Assembly: GCA_963812015.1 (NCBI GenBank)
Contig: CAWETI010000003.1
Location: 896,001 to 960,000, forward strand
Origin: an uncultured delta proteobacterium
Lineage (GTDB): Bacteria > Desulfobacterota > Desulfobaccia > Desulfobaccales > 0-14-0-80-60-11
Reading direction: 5' to 3'
DNA: 64,000 nucleotides
Part shown: positions 38,450 through 48,610 of the stretch, piece after piece
Position numbering within the stretch: position 1 is the first letter of the stretch
Layout of the letters: each line of letters opens with the position of its first letter
Translations under genes and position numbers: made by a program
The notes under the pieces: generated by a model
The model's input: the letters and a program-made list of their open reading frames with translations, nothing else
Databases searched by the model: none
What the model was told of the DNA's origin: nothing

Positions 38450-39693
38450 GTCCGTGCCTCCAGATATTGACGCACCCGCCTCACCGACTGGGTCGCCTGG
38501 GCGATGCATTCCAAGATGCTTTGGGGGCCGGTGGCGGTGCCGGCCAGAAAAATGCCCGGGGCCTCGGCCCGAGTGCCGTCCAGGCCGTCCCTAAAGAAGC
38601 CGTCCAGATTCAGCTCCAGGTGCAGCATTTCAGCCAGCTTGGCATTGTCCGGCCCCGGAGCAATACCCACCGCCAGGACCAAGAGATCAACCTCTTTGGC
38701 CAGGGCCCGGCCGCTGGACTCGTCCAAATACCGCAGCCTCAGACTCTCGTCTGCCGTGGCGGCCACGTCGCCGGGGAGGGCTCGGATCAACTCCAATTCC
38801 TGCCTGGCGGCTGCCTCGAAATTCTCGGGGTCCGAGCCGACATTTTGCAGGTCCATGTAGAAAGTGGTCACTTCGCACTCCGGCCAGCGATGGCGGATCA
38901 GCCGGGCCAGGCGCAACCCATAGGCGCAGCAGACCCGGGAGCAATAGGCATGCTCCTGATCCCGGCTACCCACGCACTGGATGAAGGCCAGACGCCGTAC
39001 CGGCCGGCCGTCGCCAGGTCTGACCAGAGGCCCGCCCTGACGCATCATCTCCTCCAATTCCCCGCCGGTGATGACGTGGGGTAAACGCGCATTGGCATAA
39101 ACCGCCCGGCAGGAAGGCTTCGCAGGTTCATAACCGGTGGCCAGGATGAGGGTCGAGGTCTCCAGTTCAACCACGGTCTCGGGCCGGTCCAGGTCGATGG
39201 CCCCGGTGACGCAGAGGTCCTGGCAGACATGGCAGGAGCCGTCTTGAAAATAGAGGCAGGCAGCCGGATTCACGGCGACGCGGGGATGGTTCTCGACTGA
39301 GGCCGCGTTCACCAATGCTCCCAGGGCGGGGCACTTTTCCAGACAGATGCCGCAATCAATGCAGCGCTGAGGGTCGATGATCTGGGGCTGGGACTTCAGG
39401 GTGAGGCGCAGCAGGCCGTTCTCAGACCGGCTTTTCACCAGTTCCGTGTGCCCATAAAGGGTGAGGCCCGGCGCCGCAAACAGGTCCCGCAGACCCTGTT
39501 CGACCCGGCAAGCGCCACATTTCTGGCAGACATCAGTGGCCTTGCAGCCAAAGCTGGCGGCCCGGCCGCCGAAGAAGGGGCTCTTTTCCACCAGGGCCAC
39601 CGGCAGCCCCGCCTGGCTTAACTCCAAGGCCGCAGTAATGCCGGCGATGCCGCCGCCCAGGACTACCACCGGATTTATTTTATCGCTTCTCAT
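38446..39693 (-). CDS. Short HdrA/QmoA-like FAD Fe-S protein
   Basis: GGGIAG, CxxCxxC ferredoxin, QCVGSRD..YCSRVCC. Confidence 0.85.
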   Translation of the reverse strand: MRSDKINPVVVLGGGIAGITAALELSQAGLPVALVEKSPFFGGRAASFGCKATDVCQKCGACRVEQGLRDLFAAPGLTLYGHTELVKSRSENGLLRLTLKSQPQIIDPQRCIDCGICLEKCPALGALVNAASVENHPRVAVNPAACLYFQDGSCHVCQDLCVTGAIDLDRPETVVELETSTLILATGYEPAKPSCRAVYANARLPHVITGGELEEMMRQGGPLVRPGDGRPVRRLAFIQCVGSRDQEHAYCSRVCCAYGLRLARLIRHRWPECEVTTFYMDLQNVGSDPENFEAAARQELELIRALPGDVAATADESLRLRYLDESSGRALAKEVDLLVLAVGIAPGPDNAKLAEMLHLELNLDGFFRDGLDGTRAEAPGIFLAGTATGPQSILECIAQATQSVRRVRQYLEART

Positions 39694-39776
39694 AGGGGTT
39701 TCCGATTTTCAGTTTTCGGTTAAGCACTAGCCCAAATAAGGTAATTTTCAAGCCAATCAACGGCGCCAGGTCCGGC

Positions 39777-40670
39777 TCATACCCCCGCCGCATCCAGAAG
39801 CAGGGTCATGAGGTCGCTTCGGCCCTGGACTTTCACGTAGGCGCCGTCAGCGAGTTTCTCCTCCCTGATCTTCTTGAGCAAGCGCCCGGCCACGGCGGCG
39901 CCCTTCTGCACAACTGCTTCGGGGTCAGTCCCCGCCATTTCCTTGACCACCTCCGGCGGCAGGGAATATACCTTCCGGTGCTGGCCCAGTACAGCCTGGT
40001 CCACTTCCGAAGCCTTAGGCACCTTGATGCAGGCCAAAATCTTCACGTCCGGATCACCCAGGGATTGCCTGAATTGGCGAAACTTCCCCAGGGCGAAAAT
40101 GGGGGCGGTGATAAAAAATTGGGCTCCCGCGGCCTGCTTTTTCTTGAACTTGAGTAGTTGCGGGTTCATGGGGTCGGCCTCGGGGATGAGGACCGCGCCC
40201 AAGTAAAACTGTGGGTTCCCGTCCAGGGGCAGATCGGCGCTATCGTGTCCCGCCATCAGCCCCCGGGCGATTTGCAGGAGCTGCACCGAGTCGGCGTCAA
40301 AGACCGGTTTAGCGTCGGGATGATCCCCCAGGGTGACGTAATCTCCACTTACCGCCAGGATATTTTCCAGACCCAGGGCGCCGGCGCCCAGCAAATCACT
40401 CTCCAGGGCCAGGCGGTTACGATCGCGGCAAGTCAGGTGGAGCAAAGCTTCACCCCCGGCCTCCTTGACCAGCGTGGCCGCGGCCAAGGCCGAGAGTTTC
40501 ATCCGGGCATGCTCGTTGTCCGGAATCCCGAAGGCGGTTACTTTACCCGTGAACGCCTTTATTTGAGCCAGCATCCCCTCCAGGGCGATTCCCTTGGGAG
40601 GTTTAACTTCCATCACCAGGGGGAACTGGCCGGCTGCCAAAGCTTCCTTGAGCTTACTCATGGATGCCAT
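39777..40670 (-). CDS. metF: Methylenetetrahydrofolate reductase, MetVF-type
   Basis: EVKPPKG, TCRDRNRLAL, SGD, AGAQFFIT. Confidence 0.8.
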   Translation of the reverse strand: MASMSKLKEALAAGQFPLVMEVKPPKGIALEGMLAQIKAFTGKVTAFGIPDNEHARMKLSALAAATLVKEAGGEALLHLTCRDRNRLALESDLLGAGALGLENILAVSGDYVTLGDHPDAKPVFDADSVQLLQIARGLMAGHDSADLPLDGNPQFYLGAVLIPEADPMNPQLLKFKKKQAAGAQFFITAPIFALGKFRQFRQSLGDPDVKILACIKVPKASEVDQAVLGQHRKVYSLPPEVVKEMAGTDPEAVVQKGAAVAGRLLKKIREEKLADGAYVKVQGRSDLMTLLLDAAGV

Positions 40671-41334
40671 ATCTCCTCTTATAACCCGGGTGGATCACCG
40701 TGCCTGGGGTGGTGCTCCGGCTGTGAGGATGGAGCGGCAAAATCGGCTCGATCTGCCCCAGCCGCCCTTCCTGTTCCAACCTTTCATAAATCTCGCACCA
40801 GGCGCAGGCCCGGTCCGGATTGACCTCGCACTTGCCTTGGACGTTGCCGCCGCAGGGACCGTTGAGCAACCCTTTGGGGCACATGGTTACCGGGCAAATC
40901 CCCCCGGTCACCCCCAGGTAACAATGGTGGCAGGCCCGGCAGCGCTCGGTATAATAGCCCGCCGCCTCGTTAACCCCGATGAACGTCGTGTTGAGGGCCG
41001 GAAAGATCGGTTTCATCGGGTAGAGCGAGGCCAGAAACTGCACCCCGGCGCCGCAAGCCGTGGAGATGATGGCGTCATGGTCGGCGATGACGTCGCGCAA
41101 GGGCTGGATAAATTCCAGGTCGCACTGGCGTTCCACCGTGATTTCCCCGATCCCCAGGCTCTGGCCTTCTGCCCTCAAGGCGAGCTTCATTTGGGAGGCC
41201 AGCAGCCCCACCTCTTTTTCCCCACCGGCCAGGCAAACCGCCACACACGTGCCGCACCCGACAATGAGGATCTTTTCGAAGGGCGCCACCGCCGCCTTGA
41301 TTTCCGCAAAGGGTTTCCGTTCAGCGATAATCAT
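40654..41334 (-). CDS. metV: MTHFR Zn/Fe-S partner subunit MetV
   Basis: GCGTCVAVC, ERQC, CGAGVQ, CPVTMCPKGLLNGPCGG, CAW. Confidence 0.88.
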   Translation of the reverse strand: MIIAERKPFAEIKAAVAPFEKILIVGCGTCVAVCLAGGEKEVGLLASQMKLALRAEGQSLGIGEITVERQCDLEFIQPLRDVIADHDAIISTACGAGVQFLASLYPMKPIFPALNTTFIGVNEAAGYYTERCRACHHCYLGVTGGICPVTMCPKGLLNGPCGGNVQGKCEVNPDRACAWCEIYERLEQEGRLGQIEPILPLHPHSRSTTPGTVIHPGYKRRYGIHE

Positions 41335-41792
41335 CTTTGCACCACCGGTTCGGTCTCCTCCGGGGCCACCGCCACCGGTGCCGGTGTCGGGCTCAGGGGA
41401 CTGGGGCCCAGAACTTTAACTTTTTCATTCATTTCTTTCACCGCGGCCACCCACTTGGGGGCGTCCGAGGCGGCAATTTCATACATGACCAGGCGCTCGG
41501 CTCCCAGGCCGCTCTCTTCTATCAATTGCCGGGCATATTCTACCCGTTCCCGAGCTCTAAGATTTCCCTCCAGGAAATGGCAGCTTCCCGCCTCGCAGCC
41601 ACTCACCATGATGGCGTCGGCGCCGGCCTCAAAGCCCTTCAAAATATGGAGGATGTCAATCCGGCCGGTGCACAGGTATTTGACGATACGCACATTGGCC
41701 GGGTACTGCATCCGGGCCGACCCCGCCATATCCGCGGCCGTGTAAGTGCAATAGGTGCAAATATAGGCCAATATCTTAGGAGTAAATTCCAT
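41331..41792 (-). CDS. mvhD: MvhD/FlpD [2Fe-2S] subunit
   Basis: CTYCTYTAAD, CTGR, GADA, GCEAGSCHF..GN. Confidence 0.9.
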   Translation of the reverse strand: MEFTPKILAYICTYCTYTAADMAGSARMQYPANVRIVKYLCTGRIDILHILKGFEAGADAIMVSGCEAGSCHFLEGNLRARERVEYARQLIEESGLGAERLVMYEIAASDAPKWVAAVKEMNEKVKVLGPSPLSPTPAPVAVAPEETEPVVQR

Positions 41793-41824
41793 GGCTTATC
41801 CTCTTTTCCGACCGCAGCATGAGG

Positions 41825-44800
41825 TCAACTCCTTGCTGCCAAGCTAACCGTTGGCCAAGGGGAGCCGATGGCCCCAATTTTGGCAATAAATTGCTCGTCC
41901 AGGTTGTGCTTCACCGCAATGGCCTTCCGGGGGCAGGCGCTGGCGCAGTTGCCGCAGCCCTGGCAGGACGCCGGGTCAATGATCACGACCCTTTCGGCCT
42001 CGTCCACCCTCGGGACTCCGTAGGGGCAGGTGCGGACACAGGTCAGGCAGACGACGCACTTGAGGGGGTCCACCTGGGCCACCGCCCCGTCCACATACAT
42101 CTCTTGTTGGGACAGGACCCCCAGGGCCCGGGCTGCCGCCCCCTTGGCCTGGGCGAGGCTTTCATCCAGGAACTTGGGACCGTGGGCCAGGCCGCACAAG
42201 AAAATGCCGGCGGAGGCGAAATCCAGGGGTCGCAGTTTCAGGTGGGCTTCCATGAAGAAGCCGTCGGCATCAAAGGGCAACTTGAAGGTCCGGGCGATTT
42301 CCTGACTCACCGGATGGGGCCGGATGGCCGAGGAGAGGACCACATAATCAGCCGTAAGCTCCAGGTCCGCCTGGAGAGACTGGTCGTAAACCGCCACTCT
42401 GAGGCTCTGGCCCGCCACCGCCACTTCGGGTTTCCGGTCCGGATCAAAGCGCACAAACTGGACCCCCAGGTCCCGGGCCTTCTTATAGTAAATTTCCTTG
42501 AGGCCGTAAGTCCGGATATCCCGGTAGAGGATGAAGACCTGGGCCCGTGGACTGATCTCTTTGATTTTAATGGCGTTTTTGATGGCCTCGCCGCAGCAGG
42601 TGCGGCTGCAATACTGGTGTTCCGGCTCCCGGGAGCCGACGCATTGGATCATCACCACCCTGGGCTCGGAGCTTAAGGCCTCGGGGGTGTCGGCCAGCAG
42701 GTCCTCCATGGCCGATTGGGTGAGGACCCGGGAATCCTGGCCATACAGGTATTCTTCCGGTTTATACTCCTGACCCCCGGTGGCGATGACTACCACGCCG
42801 AATTCCAGGTCCTTGCGGTCGTGGCCTGATTCCACCGTGCCCCGAAATTTGCCGATATGGCCGGAAACGTTCAGGACCTTGGTGTTGGGCCACCAGTCGA
42901 TGCGGGGGTGGTGTTCCACCCGGCGCACCAGCTCCTGAAGAAAAGGCTGAACTTCATAACCTTCCAGGGTGGAGCGCATCCGCTGGGCCAGGCTGCCGAC
43001 GAGCCGGTCCTGGGCTTCCGCCAGGTAGACCTGGTAACCGCCGTCGGCAATGGTCAGGGCCGCGGTCAGGCCGGCCAGGCCGCCTCCCAACACCAGGGCC
43101 TTCTGGCTCACCGGGAAGAGCAGGTCGCTCAAAGGCTCCAGGATGGCGGCCCGGGCCGTTGACATGCGCACCAGTTCCTTGGCCTTTTCGGTGGCCAGCT
43201 CCGGGGACCCCTGGTGGACCCAGGAGTCCTGGTCCCGGATGTTGGCCATCTCAAAGAGGTACTTGTTCAATCCGGCCTTCCGCAGGTTCTCCTGGAACAG
43301 GGGTTCATGGGTCCGGGGGCTGCAGGAGGCCACCACGATCCGGTTAAGGTTTTCGGTTTCGATCACCTGGCGCATGTTGTCCAGAGAATCCGTGGCGCAG
43401 GTGAAGGTATAGTGGTCGGCATAAACCACATTGGGGAGCGTGAGGGCGTACTCGGCCACCGCGACCACGTCCACCACCCCGGCGATGTTGATGCCGCAGT
43501 GGCAAATAAACACACCGATCCGGGGCTTGGCCCCGATGATCTCCTTTTCCGGGGGGTATGCTTCTTTGGTGAGCAGGGTGCCCCGGGCCTCGGCGAGCAA
43601 GGCCGCCGCCGCCCCGGCCGCCCCGGAAGCCTGGCCCACGGTCTCCGGAATATCTTTGGGAGACTGGAAGGCGCCGCAGGTGAAAATCCCTTCCCGGGAG
43701 GTGGACACCATCTCCAGGGGCCGGCTTTCGACAAAGCCCCAGCGGTCCGTGGCGATGTCGCAGTTGGCCGCCAGTTCCCGGGTAGCCGGATGGGGGTTCA
43801 GGCCCACGGAGAGCACTACCATGTCAAAGATCTCGGTCTGAACCTGACCGGCTTCGTCGACGTAACTGAGTTCCAGATTATGGGTGCGGGGGTCTTGGGC
43901 CACCCGGGAGACCATGGCCCGGATATAGCGCACCCCGTGCTCGGTCTTGGCCCGCTCGTAGTACCGGTCAAAGCCCTTCCCCTGGGCCCGAAAATCGATG
44001 AAGAAGATGGTGGGCTCAATATTATGGTCGTGCTCCCGGGCGATGATGGCCTGCTTGGTGGCGTACATGCAGCACACGTACGAACAATATTCCCGGCCAC
44101 AGGAAGCATCCCGGGAGCCCACGCACTGGATCCAGGCCACTTTCCGGGGCGGGTCCCCGTCGCCGGGGCGTAGCACATGCCCGCCATAAGGCCCGGTGGC
44201 GGAGAGCTCTCGCTCGAACTGGAGGGAAGTCACGACGTTGGGGTAGCGGCCGTAACCGTATTCGGGCTTCTGCCCGGCGTCGAAAGGCCTGAAGCCCGGA
44301 GCCAGGATCATGGCCCCCACCTCGATTTGCCGAGTTCGGGGCTGATCTTGGTGGTTAATGGCGCCGGCCTGGCAGGCAGTTACACACTGCATACATTCGG
44401 AGCACCCCCCGCAATTGATGCAGCGGGCCGCTTCGGCTATGGCTTTGGCTTCGGGGTAGCCCAGGTTGATTTCCTGGAAGCCCTTGATCCACTCTGCCTT
44501 GGGCAACTCCGGCATCATGGGCCGGCGCTTTTTGACGCGGTCGGCCGGCACCGGACTCCAGCGGCCGGCTTCCTTGGCAATCGGCCGGAGGGGCATCTCC
44601 CGCCCGGCTTTCAGATCCTGGCCATTGAGATAGCGGTCGATGGACAGCGCGGCTTCCCGGCCCGCGGCCACCGCGGCGATGGCGATGTAAGGACCGGAGA
44701 CCACGTCGCCGCCGGCATAGACACCCGCACGGCTGGTGGCCAGGGTATCCGGGTCCGCCTCGATCAGGCCCCGGGGGGTGAGTTTGATACCATCCGCTTC

Positions 44801-46303
44801 GGTGATAAATTTGAGGTTGGTCTTCTGGCCGATGGCCATGATGACGATATCGGTGTCCCGGCTTGTGGTTTGATCTTCCCGGTAGGTGGGAGCAAAGCGC
44901 CCGTTTTCATCAAAGACCCGTTCTACGGCTTTGAGTTCGAGGCCGGTGACCAGGCCCTTCAGAGCGAGAATCTGCTTGACGCCCCAACGGTGGATGATCT
45001 CGATGCCCTCGTGCTCGGCCTCGGCCACTTCCCAGGAGGAAGCCGGCATCTCTGCACGGGATTCGAGAGAGATGACCGTGATCGCGCCCCCCTGGCGCCG
45101 GGCCGTCCGGGCCACGTCCATGGCCACGTTGCCGCCGCCGATGACCGTTACTTTCTTGCCCGTGAAGTCGAACTCTTGACCGGAAGCTGAGTCTTTCAGG
45201 TATTCGACGCCCCAGAGGACTCCCTGGGCGTCAGCGCCGGGCACCGGCAAACGGAGCGAATCTTGAGCCCCCACCCCCAAGAACACCGCCCGGAAGCCTT
45301 CCTGGGTGAGAAGATCGTTGATGGTGCGGCCGGAGCCGCCCATGGGGGAGTTATAGTTGATCTGCACCCCCAGGCGCTGGATGTAGTCTACTTCGCGCTT
45401 AAGGACTTCCCTGGGCAGGCGGTACTCGGGAATGCCGTACCGCAGCCAGCCGCCGGCCTCCGGCGCCGCTTCGAAGATCACCGCTTGGTAGCCCTTGAGG
45501 GCGAGATGATAGGCGCAGCTTAAACCGGACGGTCCGGCCCCGACAATGGCCACGGCCTCGGACCGCTGGTCCACTTCGGGCATCGGCAGCGTTTTCCAGT
45601 CCACCGAGTCGGCCACAAAACGCTTCAGATTGCAGATGGCCACGGGCTCGTCCACTTCCTGGCGCCGGCAGTCCACTTCGCAGGGATGGGGGCAGATGCG
45701 GCCGATGGTGCCGGGGAGCGGCAGCCGGTCCATGATGAGGGAGAGGGCCTCGGGGAATTTCCCCGCCTTGACGAGCTGCACATAGCCCTGCACGCTCAAA
45801 TTTGCCGGACAGCCCCGGACACAGGGGGCCCGGTCCAGCTTCTTGATGGCAAAGGTGGCCGGAATCGCCTGGGGGAAGTGCCGGTAGGCGGCATGGCGCA
45901 CGCCCAGGCCCTCATCGAAAGCCGAGGGCATTTCCACCGGGCAGGCTTCCGCACAGGCTCCGCAGGCGTTGCACTTGTCACGGTCGATGTAGCGGGGCTC
46001 CTGGCGGAGAGTGACGCGGAAATGGCCCGCCTCACCCTCCACCTTGGCAACCTCCGACTGAGTGATGATCTCGATGTCGGGGTGCCGGGCCACCTCGATG
46101 AGCTTGGGAGAGATTAAACAGGTGGAGCAATCGTTGGTGGGAAAGGTCTTGTCCAACTGGGCCATGACCCCGCCGATGGAGATGTCCTGCTCCACCAGGT
46201 AGACCTTGAAACCCGCATTCGCTGCGTCCAGGGCGGCCTGCATGCCGGCGATGCCGCCCCCCACCACGGTGATGGCGCCGATTTTTGTGTGGTCAGTTGG
46301 CAT
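41825..46303 (-). CDS. hdrA: Large HdrA-family protein (HdrL type) with inserted GltD-like NAD(P)H oxidoreductase module
   Basis: LDKTFPTNDC; GRICPHPC, GAGPSGL, GGGNVAMD; two QCVGSR modules; C-terminal ferredoxin. Confidence 0.9.
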   Translation of the reverse strand: MPTDHTKIGAITVVGGGIAGMQAALDAANAGFKVYLVEQDISIGGVMAQLDKTFPTNDCSTCLISPKLIEVARHPDIEIITQSEVAKVEGEAGHFRVTLRQEPRYIDRDKCNACGACAEACPVEMPSAFDEGLGVRHAAYRHFPQAIPATFAIKKLDRAPCVRGCPANLSVQGYVQLVKAGKFPEALSLIMDRLPLPGTIGRICPHPCEVDCRRQEVDEPVAICNLKRFVADSVDWKTLPMPEVDQRSEAVAIVGAGPSGLSCAYHLALKGYQAVIFEAAPEAGGWLRYGIPEYRLPREVLKREVDYIQRLGVQINYNSPMGGSGRTINDLLTQEGFRAVFLGVGAQDSLRLPVPGADAQGVLWGVEYLKDSASGQEFDFTGKKVTVIGGGNVAMDVARTARRQGGAITVISLESRAEMPASSWEVAEAEHEGIEIIHRWGVKQILALKGLVTGLELKAVERVFDENGRFAPTYREDQTTSRDTDIVIMAIGQKTNLKFITEADGIKLTPRGLIEADPDTLATSRAGVYAGGDVVSGPYIAIAAVAAGREAALSIDRYLNGQDLKAGREMPLRPIAKEAGRWSPVPADRVKKRRPMMPELPKAEWIKGFQEINLGYPEAKAIAEAARCINCGGCSECMQCVTACQAGAINHQDQPRTRQIEVGAMILAPGFRPFDAGQKPEYGYGRYPNVVTSLQFERELSATGPYGGHVLRPGDGDPPRKVAWIQCVGSRDASCGREYCSYVCCMYATKQAIIAREHDHNIEPTIFFIDFRAQGKGFDRYYERAKTEHGVRYIRAMVSRVAQDPRTHNLELSYVDEAGQVQTEIFDMVVLSVGLNPHPATRELAANCDIATDRWGFVESRPLEMVSTSREGIFTCGAFQSPKDIPETVGQASGAAGAAAALLAEARGTLLTKEAYPPEKEIIGAKPRIGVFICHCGINIAGVVDVVAVAEYALTLPNVVYADHYTFTCATDSLDNMRQVIETENLNRIVVASCSPRTHEPLFQENLRKAGLNKYLFEMANIRDQDSWVHQGSPELATEKAKELVRMSTARAAILEPLSDLLFPVSQKALVLGGGLAGLTAALTIADGGYQVYLAEAQDRLVGSLAQRMRSTLEGYEVQPFLQELVRRVEHHPRIDWWPNTKVLNVSGHIGKFRGTVESGHDRKDLEFGVVVIATGGQEYKPEEYLYGQDSRVLTQSAMEDLLADTPEALSSEPRVVMIQCVGSREPEHQYCSRTCCGEAIKNAIKIKEISPRAQVFILYRDIRTYGLKEIYYKKARDLGVQFVRFDPDRKPEVAVAGQSLRVAVYDQSLQADLELTADYVVLSSAIRPHPVSQEIARTFKLPFDADGFFMEAHLKLRPLDFASAGIFLCGLAHGPKFLDESLAQAKGAAARALGVLSQQEMYVDGAVAQVDPLKCVVCLTCVRTCPYGVPRVDEAERVVIIDPASCQGCGNCASACPRKAIAVKHNLDEQFIAKIGAIGSPWPTVSLAARS

Positions 46304-47151
46304 CAGATCAATCCTTTATCCTTCAGCAACGGCCGCGGGTCCACCAGATGGCGGGCGAGCCAGGCCTCGGCCTCGGGGTGCCCCAGGGCCAACCCGATGA
46401 GTTCGGTAAAATAGAACACCGGCAAGTAGTAATCTTGGCCAAACTTTGCCGAGATGCGCGCCTGGGCCAGATCCAGGTTGGCCTGGCACATCTGGCAAGC
46501 GACCACGAAACACTCGGCCCCTGCCGCCATGGCCCGGTCATAGAGGCGGTTCACCAGGGTATCGATAATATCCGGCCGGGCCATCGCTAGGCCAGCGCCG
46601 CAGCAGTCGGTCTTGTAGGACCAATCAAGGGGCTCGGCCTGCAGCACGTGGAGCAATCGCTCCAAATCCTGAGGATTTTCCCAATCGGCTTTGTCGGTGA
46701 TCTCCGGTGGCCGAGATGCCAGGCAGCCGTAATAGCCCACCGCTTTCAGGCCGGTCAGGGGCCGCACCATCTTCTGCTCCAGGTTGGACAGAAATGATTT
46801 CTGGGTGAGGAAGTCCAGCAGGTCCCAGATCTTGACGCCATTTTGGGGAGAAACCGATAAGCCCTCTTCCCGGCGGTGCTGCTCCTTTTCGGCGGCTTTG
46901 AGCCGGTTGAAGCACAGGGCGCAGGGAACCACCACGTCCATTCCGGCCTGCCGGGCCAGGGCCAGGTTGCGGGCCGGAAGCTCAAAGGACAGTTGATGAT
47001 TGAGGCTGTGGGCGGCACTGGCGCCGCAACAGTTCCAATCCTCAAGTTCGGCCAACTCCAGGCCCAGCAGCGGAGTGACGGCGGCGATGGACGCGGCGTA
47101 ATCTGCGGCGGTGCCTTCCAAAGAACAGCCTGGGTAATAGGATACCTTCAT
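46303..47151 (-). CDS. hdrB: Heterodisulfide reductase subunit B
   Basis: YYPGCSL, WNCCGA, CALC, YYGCL, CCG, CQMC. Confidence 0.92.
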   Translation of the reverse strand: MKVSYYPGCSLEGTAADYAASIAAVTPLLGLELAELEDWNCCGASAAHSLNHQLSFELPARNLALARQAGMDVVVPCALCFNRLKAAEKEQHRREEGLSVSPQNGVKIWDLLDFLTQKSFLSNLEQKMVRPLTGLKAVGYYGCLASRPPEITDKADWENPQDLERLLHVLQAEPLDWSYKTDCCGAGLAMARPDIIDTLVNRLYDRAMAAGAECFVVACQMCQANLDLAQARISAKFGQDYYLPVFYFTELIGLALGHPEAEAWLARHLVDPRPLLKDKGLI

Positions 47152-47158
47152 GAGTGCC

Positions 47159-47740
47159 TTAAGCCCCCGAATGTCGAAAGATTTCTTTGATCTCATCGCG
47201 CCCCTTGAGGGCCGGTGGGCCGGCCGGGTGCAACCGGCCGCGTCTTAAGAGGCCCCAGCCAAGCTTGAAATTTTCCCAGAGCTCTCTGATTTGAGGCCGC
47301 CGCCGGAGTTTATACAGGGTAAAGCGTCGCATCAGCGCCACTTCAGGCAAGCGCCCCCCAGCCCGGCGGATGCTTGCCAGGAAGAAGCGATGGAAAACCG
47401 CGACCTCCGGCTGATCGATGGTCTTTCCCTGCCGGATCGCCTCCTCCTTGAGCCAGTCCATGACGCCGGCGATGTCGATGCCATTGGGGCAGCGGGTGCT
47501 GCACGTGACGCAGGCTGCGCAGACCCAGATGGTCCGGCAGCCCAGGAGCGCTTCCGTTTGACCCAGGAGAGCCAGACGGATGACCCGGTCCGGGAGCACA
47601 TCCATAGCAAAAGTCAGGGGACAACCGGCGGAGCACTTTTTACATTGAAAACAGGAGGACAGCGGAGTGGCCATTTCCTTGGCCAGGCGCTCCTGTAAAG
47701 CAAAAGCAGGGACCAGCGGTTGGGTTGGGTTGATTTCCAT
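47159..47740 (-). CDS. hdrC: Heterodisulfide reductase subunit C
   Basis: CFQCKKCSAGCP and WVCAACVTCSTRCP. Confidence 0.9.
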   Translation of the reverse strand: MEINPTQPLVPAFALQERLAKEMATPLSSCFQCKKCSAGCPLTFAMDVLPDRVIRLALLGQTEALLGCRTIWVCAACVTCSTRCPNGIDIAGVMDWLKEEAIRQGKTIDQPEVAVFHRFFLASIRRAGGRLPEVALMRRFTLYKLRRRPQIRELWENFKLGWGLLRRGRLHPAGPPALKGRDEIKEIFRHSGA

Positions 47741-48016
47741 AAAGATTAGCTCCAATGAGAAGATCTGCCTCTCGTGCCGGCTATCCAGGTGAAAGCGTGG
47801 CGACCGGCGGCCTTCTCTGGATATTCTATAAGTAGGATAGCCAGGTTCATGGTAAATTCACCAATCCGGCCGGTATTTCCGAGTATGTCCAAGGTGCCCC
47901 GATGCAATCTTACTGAGCAGAAGATTTATGCCGGCCGGGCCTGGATGGCGGCAACCGGATGCGCCGCAGTACGTTCTCCTGATCATTTTGGCTGGCCTGG
48001 ACATTACCTCTATTCA

Positions 48017-48193
48017 AGCAAAGGATATGCCAAGTCCCGGCCTGGTCCTTAAGTCGTTACTTTAACGAACATTTATTCATAATTCGGGAAAATCCGGGCT
48101 CTATCAATTGTCGAATAATGCCACAGTAAATCAGGTGAAGTTATATAAGGCATTAATTTTCTTCATACTTTCGAATTGTTGAATATTTAGACA
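48017..48193 (-). promoter_or_regulatory. Sigma54 promoter with two TGT-N11-ACA enhancer sites for the hdr-met operon
   Basis: Minus strand TGGCAT-ATCCT-TTGCT at 48017-48032; sites at 48109-48125 and 48177-48193. Confidence 0.75.
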
Positions 48194-48610
48194 GCTGTGG
48201 GGAAATTAGCCAGAACACCTCACTCGGGCTCTCCACAAAATGCCGGATCGAGGGCGTCAGGCAAAACGCAGCCCTCCCCAATGGCCACTTAACTTAGAGG
48301 AATTACACTATAAACAGGATGTGATCGCAAAAAATGCCTCGCCTTCGGACCCTCAGGCTTTTTGTGGCAGGAGGGTTCCGCCGCTTGGGCTTGAAGGGGT
48401 TGGAGGAGTTGGGAGACGCGGTTGTTTTAGTATCCTACCCGCATCCGTGCACTTGGGATTGATTTCAAGGATCAGCGTAAGGAAGGGTAAATCAGCCAGA
48501 GGCAAGGACAACCGAGACTATCCCCAGACTGAGGTATGATAAACCCAGGTAATCCGGGAATAGGGCGCCGGTCCGGCCCCGGGCCTGCTTTTTAAAACCA
48601 TTTACCTCAA

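Noticed and set aside
35537..47740. Selenocysteine recoding in Hdr/MvhD genes
   Set aside because: The usual Sec positions are Cys and the ORFs have no in-frame TGA
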